Shown here: positions 38,050 to 48,580 of the stretch, piece by piece
Layout: every line of letters begins with the position of its first letter
How positions within the stretch are numbered: position 1 is the first letter of the stretch
Source of the DNA: Mobula hypostoma
Taxonomy: Eukaryota
Direction of reading: 5' to 3'
Length of the DNA stretch: 64,000 nt
Assembly: GCF_963921235.1 (NCBI RefSeq)
Contig: NC_086097.1
Span: forward strand, 135,162,001-135,226,000
Program-made: the position numbers and the translations under genes
Notes under the pieces: model-generated
Told to the model about the DNA's origin: nothing
The model's input: only the letters and a program-made list of their open reading frames with translations
Databases searched by the model: none

Positions 38050-39200
38050 GTTGTTATTTATGATTTGCATTAACAACCACGTGGCCGGAATAAAACGCAA
38101 GGTTCCTCGCTGCTCGAGTCCCTGAAGCTGTACGGATTCTTTGCTGAAGGTCCCGAAACGTTAACCATCGTTCACCATCCATAGACACTGCTCGACACGG
38201 AGTTCCTCCAGCACATCGTTTTTTTAAGGCGTCCAAGTTGGCTACTAACACAAAAATGCAGTGACAGGCAATATTGCGATGAGGATGGCGCCTCTTACCT
38301 CAGAAGGACTATCACCGGAGCTGATCGGCCTGCGGCTGTCGTAAAGAATGGTTTACGGTGGAATCGTCAGATGCGAGCCGATTACGTCAACGCGTCGGGC
38401 GTCGCCCCTCTGATAAAATAAATCGGCGGATTAATTAACCGGGTTAATATCAAACGGTTCGTCGTGAGCCACTCCAGCCGGCCGGTTCCGTCATCTAAAG
38501 GGCGGAAGAAGGGGAAGGTGAGGCGGCCGGCGGTGGTATAGGAAGTGCCGCTATTTCCATCGGTATCTGTTCCACTCAACACTGAGGAGCCGGCGGGAGG
38601 CCGCAACCCACTGCTCCCCATCTCTCCATCCAGCATCGACGCGTCATAGAACCGACCCCCCCCCAACTAAGACTGGTGCTGACCGTTAGATAATGTGCGG
38701 ACCAATCAGTGCTCTCCGCACCGCGCCGGAAACACCAATCAACGCCTTTCCCTGCGCAGCGTGCACCAATCAACATCCTCTGAGCCGTCTCTCGCCCGCG
38801 CGCACGAATCAGCGCCCTTTCCCCGGTGTTGTTCCGTGCCATGCGCACCACTCAGCGTCTTTCTCCCTCCGCGCGCACCAATCAGGCGCCCTGCCTCGCG
38901 TGTTCAGCTGTCGGCGGAAGACGCACGGGCAGGACAAAAGGGGCCTAGCCGGAGGCGCGCCCCGCTCTTGCCGCCCTCCGCCCACTGCCGACTCCTATTG
39001 GTTGGCGGGGGTGGGGTAGGGTGGGAACGGGACTGCGCGCGACTCCTGACCTCCTTCCTTCCCTCCCTCCCTCCCTCCCTCCCTCCCTCCTTCAGGTGGG
39101 TGCCCTGTGTGTTCCCTGCTGCATCGTAATACCGCTCAGTATGGAGGCTGCGGGACGGTGCCTTTGGGGGAAGTATCTTTTCTTTGTTTCTTCTCTCTAA
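38050..39200. promoter_or_regulatory. CpG island / ZHX1 promoter region
   Basis: Most conspicuous CpG-dense non-repeat segment in the window; contains ETS-like GGAAGTG (38541), CRE-like TTACGTCA (38382), several CCAAT boxes, and + strand donors AAG|gtgagg (after 38517) and CAG|gtgggt (after 39095) as candidate first-exon ends. Confidence 0.85.
39050..39092 (+). repeat. (CCCT)n/(CCTT)n microsatellite
   Basis: ctccttccttccctccctccctccctccctccctccctccttc immediately before the donor at 39096. Confidence 0.85.
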
Positions 39201-41125
39201 CTCGTCTTGTAACGACAGTGGTGGAGGATAAAGGTGCATAGGGGGCTTAATTTGCCCCAAGTGAGGCAGGTGGTCTTAATTGACCAGAGGGAGCTAACAT
39301 TCTGTCATTACTGAGGGATGCCACCAGATCGGGGCATTGCTGTCATGAATGCATTACAAAACGGCAACGGCAAATCTCTTAAAGCCCTCCTCTCAGGCTT
39401 TTGGTGCTACCATTTCTAATTCTGGCTTGGTATCAGGTTTTAACGGAACTCGCTTCTGACATAGCACAGTGTGGAAGTCATTGTCTGTAGTTGTCATGTT
39501 TGTGCAACGTATTTTGGCATGTCAGCATTAATTAGTAAAAGTACCTTGCTGTGTCGTAAAGTTGCCGTGGCGTTTGTTTCTGAATTGTGTTGAAACTTGC
39601 TTCTGAACCTTTGGGTGTAAGTTAGGAAATAACTGAAACTGTAAAGTCAGAAGTGTTGTGACTGTGGAGTCCTTTTTGTTTAAGGAGGGAAGAGTAATAC
39701 TTTGGCATCATTTTAAAATGTAAAATTGCTGCATGTTTTATCTCGTTTTCTGAAGGCATGCTTCAATAAACTTTTCACATGAAAATTTAAATTAGATGCA
39801 CTTTATAACACTGCATTTCATAAACAGGAATGAATATTAATATGGGCAGATGGTTATTTACGCCCTCATGTCAGCGACTCTTCAAGCTTAATTGTTCTGA
39901 AGATTTTTTTAAAAATATTTACCTACTTAAATTTTCAAAAGTGAACTGATATTGGGAAATAAGATGTAATTGCACAAGTAGAGACCATGGTAAGTCGGGA
40001 GGAGTATTGCAAACATTTTATCAACTACTATATGCCAAGGTAGACTGCAACTAAGCGGTGATGTTCCAAAACAGATTTGTTGACATTTGAATTCCCTTAG
40101 TTCCTTTCCCTGCTCATCACTCCATATTTTCTGTTTCCATGTTTTCACTCAGTTTCACAATTTTGTCTTCTGCAATAGTAATATGAGTTTGTTCAGCTTT
40201 GCCTATTTGTACTCTCCATTGTCCCCTTTACTCCTTGTAATATTTTTGAAGATTGAAGGTGAGGTTCATTAAGGAAAGAGGTGGTTTTAGAGGAGGGGAA
40301 TTTTTGCAGGAATCAGCTTGTAGTAACGAGAAAAGCAGGAGAATAGATTTGAACGAGGGTAAATGGGATCAGCTATGACTGAATAAGAAGCATTAGAAAT
40401 CAACAAGGACAGGATGTATTTGCAACCTTAGAATGTAGCCTTGAATGAGAACACTTTGATGCACCAAGGCTGAATGTAAGAGAACTTTTAGTGGAGGATT
40501 CATTTAAAACAACTTTGGAAATGCCTTGAATTTTCTTTGCAAATGATAAATTTGGTAAACTGGAAATGTCGAGAACTAAAGCTACATTTAATTCAGACTG
40601 TTGCTTGAAAATTCCAATGAACTACCACGAAACATGCCTTCAAAATACCATCCTGTTATTCATCACTTTTCTCCTATTTTCTTTAATGTAATCTCTTGAA
40701 TTAAATGTGCAGTTTTACTCCGGATAATTTCATTGGTAACTGAGGTGGGTAGTACAGTAGAGACATGTGCATCATGGTAATTTGTTTTCCTACCTGAAAT
40801 TTTCAGTTACTACTAATGATGGTTTTATAGTGCAAAGAAATTCTAGGTTTGAAAGAAAGCCAAAATTCAGCAAAACCTCACCCATTTTTCAGAGAAACGA
40901 ATCTTGACCTCCAGCATAGTGCGGATCCTGATAGGGGTTGTGTTTGCTGGGTTTCAACATGTCTGCATTGTGACCATGTCACTTTCAATATCGCCATGCT
41001 CTAATGGTTGAGTTAGCCATTCAGACGAGGAAATTTGCAGATGCTTGAAATCCAAGTAGCATGCATAAAATGAGTCAACGTCTCATCTTTTTTCCCAGTC
41101 CTGATGAAGGGTCTTGGCTCGAAAC

Positions 41126-41272
41126 CACCTTGTGGCTACGGGGATCAGGGGGTATGGAGGGAAGGCTGGGGCGGGGTTCTGAGTTGGATGATCAGCCATG
41201 ATCATAATAAATGGCGGTGCAGGCTCGAAGGGCTGAATGGCCTACTCCTGCACCTATTTTCTATGTTTCTAT
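41126..41272 (+). mobile_element. Young ~150-bp CR1 3' tail
   Basis: Near-identical to 61739-61885 (-) and ~63549-63694 (+); flanked by GAAAC duplication. Confidence 0.85.
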
Positions 41273-42682
41273 GAAACGATGACGGTTTACTCTTTCCTAT
41301 GGATGGTACCTGGTCTGTTGAGTTCCTTCTGCATTTTGTGTGTGTTTTGGTTAACCATTCATTTGTGTTTAAGTATGTTCGCTTCCCAGGAAATGTAATC
41401 ATGTTCTCAAAGCATGCTGGGAGCAATTGATTAAGATCTTGTTTTTTTACCTTGTAGTATAGCAGCTGATTTGATCTGCTGCTTCAAGGCAGTGATGATC
41501 TTCAATTCAGGCTGAACTTTTTCTTTGTAGTATTAATATTTCAAGAACAACTTGATACTGAATTGAAACTTTTTAAAAAATCCTAGAGGGCAGCAAAGCT
41601 TTGAGTTGGCCTCTTTTGCATAGATCTATTTTACTCTTATGAATAGAATATCAATATGTGACGTGTTATCATTGGGAGTAGGCACACTGATCACTGCACT
41701 CAGAAAAGTGGCTGGAAGGGAGCTTTTGAGGTACTGTTTCTTCGGCAAAGTCTTGAGTCAGAGATGGCCTCAAATATCAATACGCAAGAGATCAGATTGC
41801 TCTTCTAATTCTGTTGACTTGTGAAATAAATGCCAAAGGAATTTATTTGAGTCATCCTATAACGAGTTTAATACTTTTGTAGTGATACCCAAGCTCAATT
41901 TTTTTTAAAACTTCTGCTAGAAACCCTCTTTTTCCCATGTGCTTATCATGAAGTCAGTGGGACTGTAATAAGTAAGTCCCATGTTCAATTTTAACTGCCA
42001 GGCCAAGCAAAATTTTCTGCTATAGTTTTATTTTCAATATCGATCCTCTACCTTTTATGACTGGAACTTCATATCCTGTTCTTAGAACTGAGGCTGGAGT
42101 TTATTGTTTGCTGGATTTGGGCACTGTGAATGTACGACTTCAAGTATCACACCTCGTTCTCGGTTTTGTGGTAGCAGCAAACTCTGCACAAGGCATTCAA
42201 AGTCAAATTAACTGCATTTCATTCTGAATTACAAATTAAGTGAGTTTTTCTTAATGTCCTTAAAGTTAACATTTTTATCATGATCTTAAAGTAATGGGCA
42301 CTGCTGATTAGGGAGCTGGGCCATACAGTATTTGATCTACTGGGGGAAAATCTTAATAACTTGTGAGTAATCTGCTTTGGGCTCTTGAGTTCTCATGACT
42401 CACTGGACTGCTATGTTCTTGACCAAAAAATTGAGAAGTAAAGTATTTAAAAGAAAAACATTCTGTTTAGAACTAATGAAAGCATTTTACAGAACAGATT
42501 AAAAACAGACAGATGTTTTTTTCCTGTTATGAAATTTACCCTATAGGGTAAAATAAAATTCCATTGTATGGGAAGATTTTAGCTTCCTCGCTACTCTTAC
42601 CTGTCCCCATGAAACTTATTGCCTGGCTATATTTGAATGTTATTGCTCCAAAATATAATTCAAAGTATTGTGCTGTTATTAG

Positions 42683-42805
42683 GCGTATGCTGGTGAACTC
42701 TGTGGTACCTGCACAGATGTAGATGTCACATAATGCAATCCTCCTGTTGGAGTTGACTTTCAATGGTGATGTACATTTATGAGAATTCATTTACTGAAAC
42801 CTTAG
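42683..42805 (+). other. Possible non-coding 5'-UTR exon of ZHX1
   Basis: Weak acceptor tgttattag and perfect donor TAG|gtaagt in non-repeat DNA; mammalian ZHX1 has non-coding 5' exons; no other support. Confidence 0.25.
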
Positions 42806-43433
42806 GTAAGTTAGAATTAAAATTCATTTGAGCTCAAATTTAATCCTTACCTTGGTCAGCAAGTCAAAAAAAAATTTACTTTTGGGTCTAAGTATTATAG
42901 TTAAATGGGTGTTGCATTTTTTCAAAATTATTGCAACGTGGGTGCCCTTCAGACTATGAATGCATTTTGGTAACTTTACTCTTTCTTACAGATGCATTTT
43001 GGAATTAATTTTGTACAAAGATCCTTTGACGTGTCCATTGCTTTACCACAGCATTCAAAAGAAATGAGCTGAGGCCGTCATTGACCACTCTGAGGGATAG
43101 AGAGATGATTTTCTTTGCTTTCAAAAAAAATGCATGGTCATTAATCTTTCTTGAGCAACATGTGCATATAACCAGTGCCACCAACGTTGTGGAAGTGTGG
43201 GCTGCACATTCCACAAGCTTTTGCCAGATCATGAACAACAAGCAAGATGTTGGAGGAACTCAGTGGGTCAAGCAGCAACTGTTGAGGGAAATTGACAGTT
43301 GACATTTTGGGTCAAGACCCTTCATCTGAACTGTCTGTGCTTCCCTTTTGTCAGATTGTGAAGCTTGACGTATCTGTTACCTGTCTCCAAAGGTTTTGGA
43401 ACTCTTACTCTTGATCAGTTTTCCAGCCTGATA

Positions 43434-43910
43434 CTTCTTTCTTTCTTTCTTCCTTTTCAAATCTTTTTATTGTTATATTATACAGGAAAAATAACGTGAG
43501 TACATTGAAGTAACAACACTTACAATGCCTCAAAAAAAAACATTATCTTAAAGATTGAAAAAAAATTTTGTGATAACAAAAAAACCTACTAAGCAGAAAA
43601 GTGAGAAAAAAAGAAAACCCATTAGGTGTACAACCCCGGAGTCATGCGTCATACAAAAAGCTTCTAAAAATAAACATCAAACCGCCAGCAAGAAAAGAAA
43701 ATATACTAAAAAATTTACAATTAGATCGTGGAAAAATTATATCAATTAACTCAAATGATAATAACGAGCAAATGAGCCCCATCTTTTCTCAAAATCAAAT
43801 AAAGGTTCAAAGGTTCAACTTCTAATTTTCTCCAAACTAAGACATAGCTTCACTTGAGAGAACCATTGTGACAAAGTGGGAGCTGATGTATCCTTCCACT
43901 TCAACAAAAT
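43434..43910 (-). mobile_element. L1/Tx1-type LINE 3' end
   Basis: Minus strand ILLKWKDTSAPTLSQWFSQVKLCLSLEKIR...KRWGSF, typical of an L1-clade ORF2 C-terminus, then a 3' UTR with AATAAA and a (GAAA)n tail. Confidence 0.7.
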
Positions 43911-46900
43911 GCAGTAACATGTTGGTCAGACAAGGAAGTACCATAAATATTTTGAGGAATTATTCCAAAAAGCACAGTTAATTTATTAGGTTGTAAATTA
44001 ATTTTAAGTGCTTTAGAAATTGTTGAAAAAACCGACTTCCAGAACTGTTCCAATATAGAACAAGACCAAAACATATGTAGCCAGTGTAGCTATCTCAGTT
44101 TTACATCTATCACAATGACTATCAACATTAGAAAAGATTTTAAAGTCTCTCCAGCCTGATACTTCACTCACTATATGGTGCTGAAATACTGTTGGAAGTG
44201 TCATCTTTCAAACAGTATTAAACCAAGGCTCATTTTGTAAAACTGAAAGTGCCTATGACTCTAGACTCTCGGAACAGTATTGCGGAGGAACTGACCATTT
44301 GGCCCACAATGTCTGTGGTGATTATATTGCCAAAGCAAACTGAATCTTTTCTCCCTGCACATGGTGTCGATCCCTCCATTACCTGTGTATTCAAATGTCC
44401 AACAGCCTCTGAAAAACCAGTAATGTTTCTGCTTCCACGATTACCTTTAGCAGCCTATTCCAAGCATCTGTTACTCTGTGTATTTTAAAAAAAAGCTATT
44501 CTCAGAAGTGAAAGCTCTGTGGTGTCTAAACCACCATTTATTCCTCATCCCACATTACAGAAATAGATTACCTAGTCATGTCACCTGCCTGATATTTTCT
44601 AAAGATATTCACCTTAAAAAGTTAAAGGATTCAGCTGTGTGTAATTAAAAATTGGAGTTGGGTCATTAAGAAACAAAATTGGGAAGTATTTTTTTTCTTT
44701 ACAGTTGTAATAATAATCTGAACTTTTAACTCATTGACACTTTCTGACAATGTGATTAGATTTGCTATCTGCCCAAGTTCTTTCCCTTGATTGTCATACC
44801 TAATTTGCATACAAATCGAATATTCACATGTACCATTCCTGCTAGTACATGACCGATTTTTTTTTGGTGCACCTTTAGCTCATGCTCCTTTTGGGTTGTA
44901 TCGGAGGCTGTTGCTTTATGTTAACTTCAAACTCTGCCGGACATCTTTGAGAAAATTTTTTTTTTTAATTCCAGATTTATTGAGTTAGTTGAATTTAAAT
45001 TCTGCATCTACTGATAGTGAGATTCAAGCTCCTGTCTTTGGATCAGTGGTCCAGAACTCTAGCTGCTGGTCCACCAACTTAACAGCATGTGGTATTGTTA
45101 TTCCTATGTGTGTGGGTCTTCCCTGTCCAGTCTGTCTTTTTGTGTTCGTGTCTCTCTGTGTGAGAGCGCAGGCATCTTTGTCAAATAGAAGCCATATTCA
45201 AAATATGATCGAGAATGTGGTGCCTAAAAAGAAAGCCTTTCTGTATTTTCATATTGGTTAAAAATAAATTTGCTTTTAAAGAATTGTGAATCAGAATACT
45301 TTTTCATTGTCAGGACTTGCAAATCCAAGTATGCATGTTACTTAAATTTAGTTAGTGTTGCCCTAAAGGCAGAAACTTGTTCTTTTTTTTTGAAGACTAT
45401 ATACATTGCAGAAGTTCCCACAGGCCCCTCAGTTTTTGGTAGCAGTCCATGGCATAAGCAAGGTTGGGAACCCCTGATTTAATGTGACTTTCTAGTCTTA
45501 GCTGTATGCCTAAACCAAAATCCCAGATTTTTAGCTGTAGAACAAATGCCTGTGATCCAGATTGTAGAATAGGGAATAAAATTTTGAAGCCATGTGATCT
45601 GAATTATTACATTATGTGATCTGAACTATACATTATTCACTTCATTGTCGAGTCCTAGTTTCTCAAGACTGCTTCAGCTAGTAAAACCAAGTCTGGTCAC
45701 TCCAGCTGATGTTGTTATATTATTTCAATTCAATGTCTTGTCCTCTTCTCTGAATTTGTAAAATTGGTGTGTATAAAAAATAGATGTATTACAAATTGTG
45801 ATGTTACTTGCATGACATAGCTCAAAAATTCAAAGTAAATTTATTTTCAAAATACATGTACGTAACCATGTACTACACTGAGATTCATTTTTAAATCTTA
45901 TTTATTTAGAGAGGCAGCGTGGAGTAAGCCTCTCTGGCCCTTTGAGCTATGCTGCCCAGGCAACCCCTGACAAACCACATTTAACCCTAACCTAATCATG
46001 GGACAATTTACAATGACCAGTTAACCTACCTGGTATGTCCTTGGACTGTGAAAGTAAAGCAGAGTACCCAGGGAGAACCGACACATTTCATGGGGGAGGA
46101 TGTGCAAAGGACGCCAGAATTGAACTCCAAGCTGTAATAGTGTCATGCTAACCACTACACTACCATTCATGTGGGTCTTCACAGTAAATGCAAAGAAACA
46201 ATAGAATCCATGAAAAACCAGATGCAACAAAGTCAACACACAATATCCGTTTTATTTATTATTTTAATGTTGGTATATTTAGCACCAAATATTCATGAAT
46301 TCTGATTTTATGAATAGACATAACTATTGTGAGGTTGAGGATAATTTTGTATGGGGAAAAAGTTCTAGTTGGAAGATAATTGGTTCATTGATTACTTTGT
46401 TCTGCAGCTTTTGCCATTTAGTTTTCATTAAAACAAAAATATTTTTCTCAACTTATTTTTTTCCTTGAGTGATGATTTAGCTAGGATATAGATTTTTGAC
46501 AACAGGCATTCTGATGCTATGATGATCTGCAAGTACCTGGAGGTGCACCTGGACGACAGACTTGAGTGGAGCACTAACACAGAGGCTGTGTACAAGAAGG
46601 GCCAGAGTCACCTCTACTTCCTGAGGAGACAGAGGTCCTTTGGAGTATACAGGTCTCTCCTTCACATATTCTACCAGTCTGTTGTCGGCAGTACAATATT
46701 CTATGTGGTGGTGTGCTGGGGCAATGGCGTTACCACAGCTTGTATGAAAAGTAGCAATGAAGGTTCACAGATGGTAAAGATCTATTGCCTATTGGCAAAA
46801 TCCTTCTTCCCCCCCTCCCCCCCCAGTTGGAAGGGAATGGTCCTCTGCTTACCCTGCAGTTGTCAGATGAGAGATTTCAAATGTCAAAAGAAAATCATGA

Positions 46901-48580
46901 ATGTTCAAATGGCCAGCTAAATAAGATTTTATATTGGGCCCCATTAACAGAAAGGATGGGTTAATAGAGTCATCGGATTTTCAGTGCCTATATTTTGGAT
47001 AGTTGACTGTTGGAAACTGGGAGAGAGTTTGTTTGCATTTCTTCTCGCACAATTAGGTTTAAAGATTATTGCCCTATAAAGGAAGTTATTTGGCCTGTCA
47101 TGTGTGAAAGACCAAATAAAAATAAATCCAGTCTAATTTCATTTTCCAGCTTTTGGAGATTCTGGTGTCTCGTGTATTTTTCATTCATTTTTTTAATTGA
47201 GGGCTTCTGCTTCCATTGTACTTGTAGAGAGTGAGCTCCAAACTCCCACCACTGTCATTGGGGGAAACTATTACTTGTCAACACTCCGCTAATCTTGCTC
47301 TGTCTTATTCCTTTGATGCATACTTAACTACCACATTAATTGGCCTTTAGAAAGTTGGTTGTGGGTTATCTATTTGAAATGCAGCAGTTTTTCCAGTGCT
47401 CCCACACAGCTATTGAATAGTGTTTCAAGATTTAGACCTAGCTTCCATGAAAGAGTGATTTTTTTTTTCCATGAGGATAAGTCTGACTTGGATTGAAATC
47501 TGCAGGTGGTGGTGCTTCTGTTTGCTACTAACCTTGTCCTTCGTCTCGTAGTCGTCATGGGTTCTGTCAGAGTTGGCTTGGCAAAAATTGTTTTACATTT
47601 TGTAACTTACATGTGGCCGGAGTAATGGATAGAGCTACTTTGTCTTCAGTGACGTTGGGTTATAAGAGATGGTCATCCTGGCAAGCATTCCCTCATACTC
47701 CCTTTTCTTGCTTTTATGCATTTTAGGGAATTGAAGGGTGAGATTGATGCCATAGCATAAACTGCCTCTTACCTGCTAAGTAGCAACAGTATTTGCGTTT
47801 TTTTCTTAAAGCAAAAAGTGATGAAAACACTTGGAAGGCTGAGCCGCATCTGTGGAAGGAGAATCAATGTTTCAGCTCCAGGGCCCTTCGTCAGAGAAAC
47901 ATGAAAGATTAACTGTTTCTCCTTCCACAGATGCTACCTTACCTCCAGAATGTTTCCAGTAATTGTTTTCATTTCAGATTTACAGCTTCTGCAATTACTT
48001 TGATTTTCAGCCACCAGTATTTATGTGATTTGCTCAACTTTTTTTTTGATCAATGTGACACACACAGTATTGATTTGTACCATTGAACATCAAAGGAAGT
48101 GGCTAGACTTTCCATTTCAAGATCATCATTGCCTTCCACTATCATATTGCAAATACTGTTTGCCACTTCCCAGCCTATGCCTGAATACTGTCTACGTCTT
48201 GCTGCATGTAGTCTTGATCTGCTCCTTTGGTGATGAATTCCAATTAGAATTGAGTGTATATAAGGTGAAATTGGTCTATTGTATAGTTAAGTGTGTGGCT
48301 TTTACTGTCTTGCTGTAGAAACTCTGCTAACATTGGGGCCAGTGTTCTTTATTTAGTTAATGCTCCAGTGATGCTTATTAAATAATGGATTTACTGTTGA
48401 GAAGTAAGTAGCTTTTGTAGTCCTGAAGTAACATTTTATTCTTTTTTTAATCTATAGATGAATGCACTGTGATAGAGCTACTGCCTGCGGGGTGGAACCT
48501 AAGAGATAATCCTGAAGATAGATCAACCTGCAGTGGCATTAACATTTTCTGAGAAACCAATCCACTTTTCACCACTGACC

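Noticed and set aside
38695..38890. Spaced short repeats superficially like a CRISPR array
   Set aside because: Vertebrate promoter context, degenerate ~13-bp CCAAT units, irregular spacing and no cas genes.
38382..39260. Several overlapping 90-145 aa ORFs in the CpG island
   Set aside because: Expected from stop-poor GC-rich DNA and a microsatellite; no recognisable domains.
48533..48580. ORF-track start (GTG) giving a 908-aa ZHX1
   Set aside because: The family N-terminus MASKRKS begins at the ATG at 48581 in a strong Kozak context; the extension relies on a non-ATG start.
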